From IMG/VR virus record IMGVR_UViG_3300046501_000460, positions 23,575 to 87,574 of that record: a stretch of 64,000 nucleotides of DNA; one strand, given 5' to 3'. How positions within the stretch are numbered: the stretch's first letter is position 1; the number at the start of each line of letters is the position of its first letter. This DNA comes from a virus. The notes under the pieces are model-generated. The model was not told where the DNA came from. It saw nothing but the letters and a program-made list of their open reading frames with translations, and did no database searches. The position numbers and the translations under genes were made by a program. This document shows positions 1-8,875 of this stretch, piece by piece.

Positions 1-15
1 TGCCCAAGGACTGAC

Positions 16-243
16 ATGCCCTACATCACACTCACCGAGATCAGTAACCCCAGCCAGCCGCGCGCGGTCCTCGTGAACATCGCCCACATCCAGATCATCA
101 GCACGCGCAAGGTCGCGAATTACGGCGACACGCACCACACGCTGAAGACCTATATCGAGATCGCCGGCCGCGCCGACGTGCTGGACGTGGCTGAGACGCC
201 GACCGACATCCTGCGTGCGATCGAGGAGGCCGGCCATGCATGA
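16..243 (+). CDS. Hypothetical early protein (75 aa)
   Basis: AAGGA RBS, ATG, coupled to next ORF. Confidence 0.75.
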   Translation: MPYITLTEISNPSQPRAVLVNIAHIQIISTRKVANYGDTHHTLKTYIEIAGRADVLDVAETPTDILRAIEEAGHA

Positions 244-601
244 CATCTACCCCTTCGTCCTGCAGCGCCAGGCCGGCGAAGAGCTCTGGGGCCGCTTCTG
301 GGTCGAGAACCCGGACCGCCGCGTGGCATGGTCTCATGTGCGCGTCGCGGTGCGCAGCCCGATACACATCGAATTTGCCGTGTACGACTACCGCGGGCTG
401 ATCGCCGAGATCAGCCACAGCTACAGCGACACCACCCTGTACCCATTCGTCAACGAGGAGCAGCTGCGCGTTGCCGGCCGCGTGCTGGCCGAGCGCGAGC
501 GACTTGCGGCCGCGCGTGAACTGGAGGCCAAACTGGCCGCCATCCACCTCGAACTTTTCGGAGAACCACCCCAATGCGAATCGACCGACTCCAACGACTG
601 A
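236..601 (+). CDS. Hypothetical protein
   Basis: GGAGG RBS, ATG at 236, GC3-rich codons. Confidence 0.75.
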   Translation: MHDIYPFVLQRQAGEELWGRFWVENPDRRVAWSHVRVAVRSPIHIEFAVYDYRGLIAEISHSYSDTTLYPFVNEEQLRVAGRVLAERERLAAARELEAKLAAIHLELFGEPPQCESTDSND

Positions 602-945
602 CCCAGATCCTAGCCCGTGTGCCGGAAGATCAGTTCGACCTGTCCACGTGGCAGTGCGGCACCGCTGCGTGTGCGGTCGGGCATGCAGCCAGAGACCCGC
701 AATTTCAGATCGAGGGCCTGCGCCTGTCGAGTCCGCTCGCTGGCTATCCGACCATCGTCATCGACGGCGAGGAGCTCAAGCACTGGGACGCCGTGCAGGT
801 GTTCTTCGAGCTGCGCGAGGATCAGGCGTATGCGCTGTTCAATGAGGACGCCTACCGGTACAACGGCATCCCGAATCCGCGCGCGATGCATGTCGTCGCC
901 CGCATCAACGACATGATCGCACGGCACCAGCAGGAGGCAGCATGA
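574..945 (+). CDS. Hypothetical protein (W.CGT.AC.vGH motif)
   Basis: GGAG RBS; Cys motif typical of small phage proteins. Confidence 0.8.
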   Translation: MRIDRLQRLTQILARVPEDQFDLSTWQCGTAACAVGHAARDPQFQIEGLRLSSPLAGYPTIVIDGEELKHWDAVQVFFELREDQAYALFNEDAYRYNGIPNPRAMHVVARINDMIARHQQEAA

Positions 946-1052
946 TTCGCTTCCTCTGCACCATCGCCGCCGCCATCCTGCTCGTCGCCGCCATCGGCGC
1001 CGAAATCTCGCGGCCCTATTTCAAACACGACCACATGGAGACCCGGAAATGA
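942..1052 (+). CDS. Small membrane/secreted peptide (36 aa, MIRFLCTIAAAILLVAAIG...)
   Basis: GGAGG RBS, ATGA overlaps at both ends; below ORF-track cutoff. Confidence 0.65.
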   Translation: MIRFLCTIAAAILLVAAIGAEISRPYFKHDHMETRK

Positions 1053-1522
1053 CCTCCGAAGAAATCGCTGCGCGCCTGCGCGCCGCGGCAAAAGATCCAG
1101 CCAGCCTGCTGTACGCCGAGGACGCCGAGTACGTGCTGCGCACGGCCGCCAACATGGTCGAGGGCTATCAGAAGTTCCTCAACAAGACCGACTGGGTGCA
1201 GATGGAGTACCTCGAAGGACGAGGCTTCTCGAACGCCAGCGGCCGGCACCGCGCCGACCTGCTGACCGAGGAGGTCGACCGGCTGCGCGCCGAGGTGGCG
1301 CGGCTGCGTGGCGTCATGCCGGACCCGGCATGCACCTACTATCTAGCGCGTGCGCGCGGTGCCGTGGTCCTGCGCCAGACGCGCTACCGTGACCTGCTGC
1401 TGGCTGGCGAGCCGCATCCGCACGACGTGTGCGCCGTAGCAGGCAGCAAGCAGCAGATGCGCCAGACGGCTATGGCCCTGCAGGGCACCATCGACTGGTC
1501 CAGCATTCCGGAGGATGAATGA
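1049..1522 (+). CDS. Hypothetical protein
   Basis: ATGA coupling, GGAG RBS. Confidence 0.75.
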   Translation: MTSEEIAARLRAAAKDPASLLYAEDAEYVLRTAANMVEGYQKFLNKTDWVQMEYLEGRGFSNASGRHRADLLTEEVDRLRAEVARLRGVMPDPACTYYLARARGAVVLRQTRYRDLLLAGEPHPHDVCAVAGSKQQMRQTAMALQGTIDWSSIPEDE

Positions 1523-1995
1523 AATCGACTGTTGCAGAAGTGCGCACCGAGTACCGCAGCGATGACGCTGTGATTGAGGCTGCCCGGCGCATCCTAGTCA
1601 AGCGCCTGAAGCAGCCCGGCGCGGCGTTCTCCTCGCCGAATGACGTCAAGGCCTACTTGACGCTGCAGCTGGCACAGCTTGAATCTGAGCGATTCGACGT
1701 CCTGTTTCTCGATGTCAAGAATCGAATGATTCGGCATGAGGCCATGTTCGCCGGCACCGTTACCAGCAGCACCGTGCATCCGCGTGAGGTGGTCAAGCTG
1801 GCGCTGGCCCTGAACGCCACCGGCGTGATCCTGGCGCACAACCACCCATCCGGCGTGGCCGAGCCAAGTGACGCCGACCACCGCCTGACGCGCGCGCTGA
1901 CTCAGGCCCTGGGATTGATTGACGTTCGCGTGCTGGACCATATCATCGTGGCCGGCGTGACCACGTATTCGTTTGCCGAACATGGCCTGGTCTAG
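1519..1995 (+). CDS. radC: RadC-like JAB/JAMM-domain protein
   Basis: E..F.VLFLD, VHPREVVK.AL, HNHPSG..EPS.AD and RVLDHIIV motifs. Confidence 0.93.
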   Translation: MKSTVAEVRTEYRSDDAVIEAARRILVKRLKQPGAAFSSPNDVKAYLTLQLAQLESERFDVLFLDVKNRMIRHEAMFAGTVTSSTVHPREVVKLALALNATGVILAHNHPSGVAEPSDADHRLTRALTQALGLIDVRVLDHIIVAGVTTYSFAEHGLV

Positions 1996-2004
1996 AGGGT
2001 ACGA

Positions 2005-2175
2005 ATGAAGATCCTCACCCTGCACGAGAAGATCACCCTCAAGGGCGAGCTGGCGCGCCGTGGCGCGCCGCCGTCCCTGCTGGTGCGTCTCACCGCGGCG
2101 ACCGCTGCGTGCCTGCACTGGCGCGGCTACGGCCGGCCAATGTCCACCCGTTGTTCACCCACACCCAAGGAGTAA
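2005..2175 (+). CDS. Hypothetical protein (56 aa)
   Basis: GAGGG RBS, fills gap between radC and exonuclease. Confidence 0.55.
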   Translation: MKILTLHEKITLKGELARRGAPPSLLVRLTAATAACLHWRGYGRPMSTRCSPTPKE

Positions 2176-2177
2176 CT

Positions 2178-2714
2178 ATGCCTCACGTAATGATTGACAT
2201 CGAAACGCTCGGCACCGCGCCGGGCTCCGTCATCCTCTCGATTGGCGCCGTCTGCTTCGACCAGCGTGGCGTCCACCACGACAAGAAGGCCCACTGGACT
2301 ATCGATCCCAAAAGCTGTGTGGCGCAGGGCCTGACCATTGATCCAGACACCGTGGCCTGGTGGATGCGCCAGAGCGACGCTGCGCGCGTTGCGGCATTTG
2401 CCGTCGAGCCGCTGCACCTGATCCGCGCCCTGAGCAGCCTGCACGAGTGGTACGAAATGCAGGCTGGCGAGAAGGTCTGGTGCCACGGTGCCACGTTCGA
2501 CGTGCCGCTACTGGACGCTGCATATCGTGCAGTCTATGTGCAGGCGCCGTGGCACTTCTCCGCGGTCCGCTGCACCCGCACGCTGTACGAGCTGGCCGAT
2601 GTCTGGCCGGATCGCACGAAGGGTACGCACCACAACGCGCTGGATGACGCCATCGCACAAGCCGAAGCCGCAGTGCTGGCGCACCAGAAGCTGGGCATCT
2701 GGGAGGCAGCATGA
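2178..2714 (+). CDS. DEDD 3'-5' exonuclease (Rv2179c/ExoVIII-like)
   Basis: VMIDIETLG, W..GATFD, HNALDDA..QA motifs; AAGGAG RBS. Confidence 0.9.
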   Translation: MPHVMIDIETLGTAPGSVILSIGAVCFDQRGVHHDKKAHWTIDPKSCVAQGLTIDPDTVAWWMRQSDAARVAAFAVEPLHLIRALSSLHEWYEMQAGEKVWCHGATFDVPLLDAAYRAVYVQAPWHFSAVRCTRTLYELADVWPDRTKGTHHNALDDAIAQAEAAVLAHQKLGIWEAA

Positions 2715-2923
2715 GCTACGTCCTCATCGTCCTGATGCTCAACAGCGTCTGGTATCAGGCCAGCGCAAACTCGCCGCGCAGCCAGCCGGCACCGACCGTG
2801 ACCATGCAGGAGTTCGATAGCGAGAAGGCCTGCCTGTTTGCCGGCAACGCGATCCTGCGCCGTGCTGGCGAAGCCGCCGGCCATCTGCGCGCGGTGTGCG
2901 TGCCGAAGGGAGACCGGAAGTGA
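2711..2923 (+). CDS. Small protein with N-terminal hydrophobic segment
   Basis: ATGA overlap; YVLIVLML...QEF.SE.AC...CVPK pattern. Confidence 0.75.
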   Translation: MSYVLIVLMLNSVWYQASANSPRSQPAPTVTMQEFDSEKACLFAGNAILRRAGEAAGHLRAVCVPKGDRK

Positions 2924-3252
2924 ACCTCTACTGGGCCTACCACGGCACCGAGTTCAAGCCGCTGGGCCGCCACGCCAGTTGGGACGACGCTGCGCATTAC
3001 GCCGACGGCGCGCTGCCCGGCTGGCACAGCGTCGTCTCGATCGACGAGCTGCGCACGCTGCACACCCAGATCGGCCTGCAACTTGGGCAGCGCATCCCGT
3101 CCGACCAGCTGGGTCAGCACGCCGAAGCATATCTCGACACGCTCCAGCGGCTGGGCCCGCAGGATCCGGAATACTGGCCGGCGCGCCGGCGCACGACGTC
3201 AGCCAAGGCGCGGCTGGAAGCCTTCATCCGCCAATTTGCGAAAGGAAACTGA
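2920..3252 (+). CDS. Hypothetical protein
   Basis: GTGA overlap, GGAG RBS. Confidence 0.7.
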   Translation: MNLYWAYHGTEFKPLGRHASWDDAAHYADGALPGWHSVVSIDELRTLHTQIGLQLGQRIPSDQLGQHAEAYLDTLQRLGPQDPEYWPARRRTTSAKARLEAFIRQFAKGN

Positions 3253-3443
3253 TGATCTCCAAACCCGATCCCGCAGCAGAGCGCCGCGCACGCCAGCAGC
3301 ACGCCCTGTCCATGCTGCAGATCGCCATCGAAGAGGCAAGGGCCTGCGGCCTGCTCGAACGCATCGCCAACACCTGCATCCGGTACCGCAGTGTCGACGA
3401 CGTCTGCCACGTGCTTGACCATTTCGCGAAAGGAAACCTGTAA
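3252..3443 (+). CDS. Hypothetical protein
   Basis: TGATG coupling, AAAGGA RBS. Confidence 0.7.
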   Translation: MISKPDPAAERRARQQHALSMLQIAIEEARACGLLERIANTCIRYRSVDDVCHVLDHFAKGNL

Positions 3444-3628
3444 TGCAACTCGAAATCAAAATCGTTATCGACTTCGGCGAGGACGGCCCGCCGACGGGCG
3501 ACATGAACGACATCTTCCGCTACTCCATGGAGCGTCTGCAGGAGGCAACCACGCCGATCTGCAACACGTACGGCGCCTCGGCCACGATGCACACAGGCTG
3601 GACCTCGTCCGGCGACGACGAGGAGTGA
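3443..3628 (+). CDS. Hypothetical protein
   Basis: TAATG coupling, AAAGGA RBS. Confidence 0.7.
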   Translation: MQLEIKIVIDFGEDGPPTGDMNDIFRYSMERLQEATTPICNTYGASATMHTGWTSSGDDEE

Positions 3629-3630
3629 CC

Positions 3631-4023
3631 ATGCACCGCTACAGGCTGACCATCAAGCATGACAAGGGCACCGTCCACATCGACACGCACGCCATCAACG
3701 AGGCCAAGGCGCGCGAGATCATCATGGCCGCCGAGCTCTGCCCGTCCCGGGCGATCCGCCGCGTGCGCGCCGTCGACGAGCACGGCTTCGAGATGCAGCC
3801 CTCCAACCCGAGCCAGCGCCGCGTGATCGCGCCGCCAGCCGCCAACGTGCGCATCACCGATTTCCCGGGCTACCGACTCTCGGCCGCCAAGACCCCGACG
3901 CGCTACGAGGTGCTCCTCGACGGGCGCTGGCGCCGCGTCTTTACGACACGAGACACTGGCCTGCGCTACTGCGTCCATGACAACCTGAACGTGGTCGTGG
4001 ACCTGCCGGGAGATTTGACATGA
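3631..4023 (+). CDS. Hypothetical protein
   Basis: AGGAG RBS, ATG 3631. Confidence 0.7.
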   Translation: MHRYRLTIKHDKGTVHIDTHAINEAKAREIIMAAELCPSRAIRRVRAVDEHGFEMQPSNPSQRRVIAPPAANVRITDFPGYRLSAAKTPTRYEVLLDGRWRRVFTTRDTGLRYCVHDNLNVVVDLPGDLT

Positions 4024-4205
4024 AAGAGTTGACCCATTACGGCTTGACGCGCGAGGAGTTCGCCTCCCGGGTCGGCAAACATCCGTCCTGCTTCGAGGAC
4101 CGCTTACGGCCGCTGTGCGGCAACGGCAGCTATCACGCGAAGTGCGTCCGAAATGAGAAAGTGGTCGACTGCCCAGTATGCCGACAGATGCGAGGCATGC
4201 CATGA
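4020..4205 (+). CDS. Hypothetical Cys-rich protein
   Basis: ATGA coupling; CPVC. Confidence 0.65.
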   Translation: MKELTHYGLTREEFASRVGKHPSCFEDRLRPLCGNGSYHAKCVRNEKVVDCPVCRQMRGMP

Positions 4206-4309
4206 GAGCCCTGCGCGCCGCCATGGAGACCGTCGGCTGGATGACCTCCATCCTCTTCCTTCTCGGTACTCTCGGCATCGGGAAATTCGTCATGACCTAT
4301 CACCTGTAA
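4202..4309 (+). CDS. Small membrane peptide (35 aa)
   Basis: ATGA overlap; hydrophobic SILFLLGTLGIG. Confidence 0.55.
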   Translation: MRALRAAMETVGWMTSILFLLGTLGIGKFVMTYHL

Positions 4310-4320
4310 AGGAAATCAAA

Positions 4321-4554
4321 ATGCTGAACCGCTCGAAAGTAGATCTGCTCGGCCGCGCCGCGGCCGACGTGGCCAAGTCGGCCACCGAAGTGCTGGCCCT
4401 GAACGCCAAGATGCGCCACGCCGAGACGCAGGTGGCCGCCGTCGACTGGCACCCGTCGGCTGTGACCCGTGCGCGGGAGGATCTCGACGAGGCCGAGGCA
4501 ACCCTCCGCGGCATGGTCGAGGTGCTCAAGCTGCAGATCGCGGGGCTGGAATGA
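4321..4554 (+). CDS. Hypothetical helical protein
   Basis: AAAGGA RBS. Confidence 0.7.
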   Translation: MLNRSKVDLLGRAAADVAKSATEVLALNAKMRHAETQVAAVDWHPSAVTRAREDLDEAEATLRGMVEVLKLQIAGLE

Positions 4555-4736
4555 GCTACCCGCCCGAACTTGCACGCGCTGATCAGCTGCTGACGGCCGA
4601 AGAACTGCGTCAGAAATACGAGACCGAGCACCCACAACACCTCCGCTGGATGTGGCGGCAGGCGGTCGTCGATGACAAGACGATCCGCAGCTACTGGGAT
4701 TGGGTGCAGGCCCAGCTCGAGGAGGAGGAGCCGTGA
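4551..4736 (+). CDS. Hypothetical protein (EHP...W...V...T..SYWDWV)
   Basis: ATGA coupling; motif common in small phage proteins. Confidence 0.75.
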   Translation: MSYPPELARADQLLTAEELRQKYETEHPQHLRWMWRQAVVDDKTIRSYWDWVQAQLEEEEP

Positions 4737-4918
4737 GCCTCCTCGCCCACGCCACCGCCGGCGCCGCCGGTGCACATCTCGAGCGCGAAACTCGTGCGCT
4801 CGCCGACCTCGCCCAGCACGAAGTCGCCGAGGCGCGCCGGATCCAGGCCCAGACCGGCTGCACGTGGACCGAAGCCCTGCGCATCGCCTACCAGAACAAC
4901 CGAAAGGAAAACCCATGA
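4733..4918 (+). CDS. Hypothetical protein
   Basis: GTGA overlap, GGAGG RBS. Confidence 0.65.
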   Translation: MSLLAHATAGAAGAHLERETRALADLAQHEVAEARRIQAQTGCTWTEALRIAYQNNRKENP

Positions 4919-5103
4919 CCCGCAAGACCCTGAGCCTCACGCTCGACGTCACCTACGAGCTGAATGACGCCCACCCGGGCGATCTGATCGACAACCTGCT
5001 GGCGCTCGCTACGCGTGCCAGCGCCGAAGGTTGGCTGACCGAAGGCACCGATGCCGAAGTCGTCGTCGCCGATCCCACCGTCCGATATGGAGTTGAACCA
5101 TGA
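4915..5103 (+). CDS. Hypothetical protein
   Basis: AAAGGA RBS, ATGA overlap. Confidence 0.7.
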   Translation: MTRKTLSLTLDVTYELNDAHPGDLIDNLLALATRASAEGWLTEGTDAEVVVADPTVRYGVEP

Positions 5104-5507
5104 CCCAAGCACTCTACGCCCTCAACGACGCCCAGCACGCCACCGTGCTGGCCGCGCTGCGTTACTACCAGCAGGCCCGTGCAGTGCTGCAGGACGTTCC
5201 CTTCAATGTCCGCGACATCGCCACCAACAGCGATACCGTCACGCCGCTCACGGCCGTCGAGGTGGGCCAGCTGTGTGACAACCTGAACCACCACGGCCTG
5301 ACGTTCGGCGAGATCGTCAACATCCTCGGCGCCGACAGCGGGCCGTACGTGGAGGCCGCGCACGAGCACCGGCTGCTCTCCGAAGGCACGCTCGAGGTCG
5401 ACGGCAAGACGATCGTCAGCGAGAGCGAGGGCGGCGCCTACGTCATGGCCTGGCTGTGGGTGGACGTCCCGGGCGGAGATGAGGATGGCGAGGAGGATGA
5501 CGAATGA
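5100..5507 (+). CDS. Hypothetical protein (ATVLAALRYYQ; GAYVMAWLWV)
   Basis: ATGA coupling. Confidence 0.8.
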   Translation: MTQALYALNDAQHATVLAALRYYQQARAVLQDVPFNVRDIATNSDTVTPLTAVEVGQLCDNLNHHGLTFGEIVNILGADSGPYVEAAHEHRLLSEGTLEVDGKTIVSESEGGAYVMAWLWVDVPGGDEDGEEDDE

Positions 5508-5698
5508 ACCACGACTACACCCTCGACACATGGCGCTTCGCCAAGGATCGCTACTGCGGCAAGGTGGATCCGCTTACCGAGCGCCTGCCCAAGCTGCTGG
5601 AAGACCCCGACATCGCGGCGGCCGTCTCGGCCATCCGCAACGCCGAGCGTGCCATCGAGGCGCGCGTCACCGAACTGCTGGAGGACGACGGACAATGA
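5504..5698 (+). CDS. Hypothetical protein
   Basis: ATGA coupling, GGAGG RBS. Confidence 0.7.
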   Translation: MNHDYTLDTWRFAKDRYCGKVDPLTERLPKLLEDPDIAAAVSAIRNAERAIEARVTELLEDDGQ

Positions 5699-5904
5699 AC
5701 GGCATTACCACCCGCGACATCGAACACTACAACCCCAGCTGCAACGCCCGCGGCACGATCAAAGCCGGCACGCCGGTACGCCATGTCCGGAAGGATGGTT
5801 GGGCTGGCTGGGTGCTCACGACCCGCCCCGACTGGATGTGGGACTGGGACTGGCAGCACCACTTCGTCGACGTGCCGGCCGACGCCGTACAGGAGACACC
5901 ATGA
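5695..5904 (+). CDS. Hypothetical Trp-rich protein
   Basis: ATGA coupling. Confidence 0.7.
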   Translation: MNGITTRDIEHYNPSCNARGTIKAGTPVRHVRKDGWAGWVLTTRPDWMWDWDWQHHFVDVPADAVQETP

Positions 5905-6092
5905 GCTGCACTATCTGCGGCAAGCCGATCGTGCTGGTGCCATCGGCGGCCGAGCGCGCCGCCAAGGACGTCACCGGCAGGCCGGCCAGTTATTACACCG
6001 GGCTGTTCCGCCAGCATAGCGACTGCTTTCTCGAGCAGCGCGCCCACGACACCACGGCGCTGATGCGCCGCCTCAACAAGGAGAAATCATGA
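5901..6092 (+). CDS. Hypothetical Zn-finger-like protein (CxxC...HxxC)
   Basis: AGGAG RBS; CTICGKP...HSDC. Confidence 0.75.
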   Translation: MSCTICGKPIVLVPSAAERAAKDVTGRPASYYTGLFRQHSDCFLEQRAHDTTALMRRLNKEKS

Positions 6093-6493
6093 TCATCGCA
6101 CTACCCAACGACGGCCGCGGCCTGCTGTACCACGTCACCGATTTGGACGGCCGCACCGTGCACGCCTATCGCGACCTCGACGCCGCCATTCGGTCGCGCG
6201 AGGGCGACCAGCGCATCTTCATCCAGTGCGAGGCCGATGGTAGCTGGCTGACTGGCCCGCCGACGCCGGTGGTTCGCCCGCTGGGCGACGTGCTGGCCGG
6301 CGAGACGCCAGCGATGGCGCGCACGTACGCCCAGTATCGCGATCTGCTGGAAGCTGCGCCCGGCGCGGCCGAGCTCGACCGCATCCGCGCCAATATCACC
6401 TGCGCGACCCGCGCCAGCCAGCTGAACCTTGTGCAGGCGGGCCGGCTGTACGACCGCGCTGACGCCATCCAACGCAGCAAGGAGGCGTCATGA
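6089..6493 (+). CDS. Hypothetical protein
   Basis: AAGGAG RBS, ATGA overlap. Confidence 0.75.
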   Translation: MIIALPNDGRGLLYHVTDLDGRTVHAYRDLDAAIRSREGDQRIFIQCEADGSWLTGPPTPVVRPLGDVLAGETPAMARTYAQYRDLLEAAPGAAELDRIRANITCATRASQLNLVQAGRLYDRADAIQRSKEAS

Positions 6494-7242
6494 CCGAATA
6501 CATCGACAAGCAGGGCGGCCGCGTCCAGCCCATCGACGTGCTGGCCGACCCGGTCGAGTTCTACCCGTCCGGCGGCGGCTTCCTTCACAACATGCCGCGT
6601 GCACGCTTCCTCGAAGAGTTCCGGCCGGCGCCGACGAAGAAGTGGCGCCGCGCCACCACGTCGGCCGACTGGATCGATCTCGGCGCCGGCGACCAGATCT
6701 CGTACCTGCCCTGCTGGTCCGACGGCAGCTTGTGGAATGGCTGGGGCATGCCCGCCTTCGCCCGCGTCGAGGTCGACTATCAGATCGGGATCAGCAAGCA
6801 GGGCGGCCTGTTCCCGATGCGCTGGGAAGGCGACAACGTCGTCGTGACGGACGAGGACGGAGACTACGCCATCGCGCCGCTGACGATGCCGGACGGCTCG
6901 CTGGCGTGGGATATCGGCGCCGGCAGCTGGTGCTGGGACCGCTGCATGGTCGTGCCGACCCTGCCCGAGACCCTGGTGCGCATGCAGAAGGAGGTGCTGG
7001 ACTGCATCAGCATCGGGCAGGTGCCGGAGACGGTCGCCAGCCTGGAAGCGCTGGCCGACATCATCGACATCAACGAGCTGGGCGGCTTCTGTGAAGACGA
7101 GCTGGCCGACCGCCTGATCGCCCACTTCGGCGGTCGCGACGAACACGAGGGCATGCCGCAGGCGATGCTCGACTACATCAACGCCGCGCAGGCCCAGCTC
7201 GATGGCTGGCTCAAGGCCGGCGGCCACAAGGAGAAGAAATGA
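6490..7242 (+). CDS. Hypothetical multi-domain protein (250 aa)
   Basis: AAGGAGG RBS; WNGW..P.F and D.NELGG motifs. Confidence 0.8.
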   Translation: MTEYIDKQGGRVQPIDVLADPVEFYPSGGGFLHNMPRARFLEEFRPAPTKKWRRATTSADWIDLGAGDQISYLPCWSDGSLWNGWGMPAFARVEVDYQIGISKQGGLFPMRWEGDNVVVTDEDGDYAIAPLTMPDGSLAWDIGAGSWCWDRCMVVPTLPETLVRMQKEVLDCISIGQVPETVASLEALADIIDINELGGFCEDELADRLIAHFGGRDEHEGMPQAMLDYINAAQAQLDGWLKAGGHKEKK

Positions 7243-7445
7243 GAGTCATCAGCGATGCGCCCATACCAGGCACCGAGGACCTGTTTCACACACTTGTCGA
7301 GCGTGCCCCGGACGAAGACCTCCACACTTCCGTGGCCGACGGCTTCTACCAGATCGGTCACGTTGTCGTGCCTGGCCACTACCTCAACGACATGCGTCGC
7401 GTCGCATGGGACGTCGAGGCGCAGGAGTGGAAGGTGGTGCGATGA
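7239..7445 (+). CDS. Hypothetical protein
   Basis: AAGGAG RBS, ATGA overlap. Confidence 0.7.
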   Translation: MRVISDAPIPGTEDLFHTLVERAPDEDLHTSVADGFYQIGHVVVPGHYLNDMRRVAWDVEAQEWKVVR

Positions 7446-7729
7446 GCTACCCATGCACCATCTTTTTGCAGCCGCACGGCCGCCGCGACCAGATCATGAT
7501 CCAGGATATCGATCCGGACGATGAGGCCTGGTTCCGTACGAACAGCGTCAAGCTCTCGATGGAGGCGGGCGCTCCCGGCGAGGTCATCGTCTACGCCGAC
7601 ATCGGCCTCGTCGATGAAGACGGCGAGCCGGAAGAAATCATCGTGTTCTCGGACACGATGGACTGTATCGAAACCCTGCACAAGCTGCGCGAGGCGTGCG
7701 AGGAACGTAAAGCGAAGGAGCAGTCATGA
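7442..7729 (+). CDS. Hypothetical protein
   Basis: ATGA overlap. Confidence 0.75.
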   Translation: MSYPCTIFLQPHGRRDQIMIQDIDPDDEAWFRTNSVKLSMEAGAPGEVIVYADIGLVDEDGEPEEIIVFSDTMDCIETLHKLREACEERKAKEQS

Positions 7730-7992
7730 ACACCTCCAAACTACTTGCCCAATCGCAGCGCTTTGTCCAAGCACTCGACGAGCTGGGCTTCAACGCCGAC
7801 GCTGGTGTCAGCGGCGCCGACACCGTCGACGTCATCTGTTGGCACCTGCCGCTGCTCAACAAACTGCCGGCGCTGTGCGAGCTTGCGGATGCGGTCGGCA
7901 CGTTCCTGAGCGCCAAGGTGCCCGAGGACGGCAGCTACTCGCAGATCATCGAGCCGCTGCTCGCTGCGCACACAAAACTGAAAGGAGCCTGA
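7726..7992 (+). CDS. Hypothetical protein
   Basis: AAGGAG RBS. Confidence 0.7.
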   Translation: MNTSKLLAQSQRFVQALDELGFNADAGVSGADTVDVICWHLPLLNKLPALCELADAVGTFLSAKVPEDGSYSQIIEPLLAAHTKLKGA

Positions 7993-7993
7993 C

Positions 7994-8401
7994 ATGCCCT
8001 ACGAAACCGTTCGGGTCGACCCCGAACTTTTCTGCACGACGCACAACGGCGTCAACGTCTTCTGCACCTACAAGGACGACGAGATCGCGCAGGGTCGCCG
8101 GCGCTACTGGTACACGCTGCATGCGAGTGATGACGACCACGCTTTCGACGTGCGCGAATTCGACTCGGCCTACCATCTGGATCAGCATCCGCCCTACCTG
8201 CAGACGGCCAAGACGCCAGACGACATGAAGGCGCTGAAGGCCGCCTGGGACCACTGGTTCGATGTCGAAGAGCCAGACCACATCCGCGCCATCATCGAGG
8301 CGTCGATCGACGCCGGCCTGATCCCGCTGCCCGAGGACATGGCGGACAACACCATCGAGCCGGGCACCGCCGACGCCACTGATACGGTGCGTCTGGAATG
8401 A
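7994..8401 (+). CDS. Hypothetical protein
   Basis: AAAGGAG RBS. Confidence 0.8.
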   Translation: MPYETVRVDPELFCTTHNGVNVFCTYKDDEIAQGRRRYWYTLHASDDDHAFDVREFDSAYHLDQHPPYLQTAKTPDDMKALKAAWDHWFDVEEPDHIRAIIEASIDAGLIPLPEDMADNTIEPGTADATDTVRLE

Positions 8402-8596
8402 AAGAATCCGACATCGCCCACGAGAACAGCCGCTACTGGGTGCCGCGACGTGAAGCGCGCCGCGTACACCGTCTACGTCAGCGGCGCCACCCATTCCACC
8501 AGCGACAGCAGCTACCCGCTCACCGCGGACGGCCTATCGCTGGCCAAAGCCCGGGCCGATTATCTGGCCGGGCGCGACAAGGAGAAGACGAAATGA
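8398..8596 (+). pseudogene. Small gene apparently frameshifted at ~8443 (MKESDIAHENSRYWV / RDVKRAAYTVYVSGATHSTSDSSYPLTADGLSLAKARADYLAGRDKEKTK*)
   Basis: After codon 15 the +1 frame has normal codon bias and ends in TGA 8594-8596 overlapping the next ATG; the 0 frame turns Arg/Gln-rich. Confidence 0.6.
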
Positions 8597-8847
8597 CACG
8601 TGAGCGTGAAACCTACAACCAGGAGCTTGCGGCGATCGACCGGCAGACGCGCGCGGCCCGCAAGGAGCTGAACGCGTTGATTCGCGGCGCCGAGGCCTTC
8701 GACCTCGTGCTGACGATCGAGCAGTCGCCGCTGTGGCCGCCGGCCATGGGCAATTACGAGACCGTCGGCAAGGTGCGCCTGTCGCGTGAGCGGTACCAAC
8801 GACTTGCGGCGCTGAAGGCCGCGGCCGAGAAGTCCGAAACGAAATAA
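8593..8847 (+). CDS. Hypothetical protein
   Basis: AAGGAG RBS; P.MGNYET motif. Confidence 0.7.
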   Translation: MTRERETYNQELAAIDRQTRAARKELNALIRGAEAFDLVLTIEQSPLWPPAMGNYETVGKVRLSRERYQRLAALKAAAEKSETK

Positions 8848-8875
8848 CCCACCACCCACCCACAAAGGAACCCAC

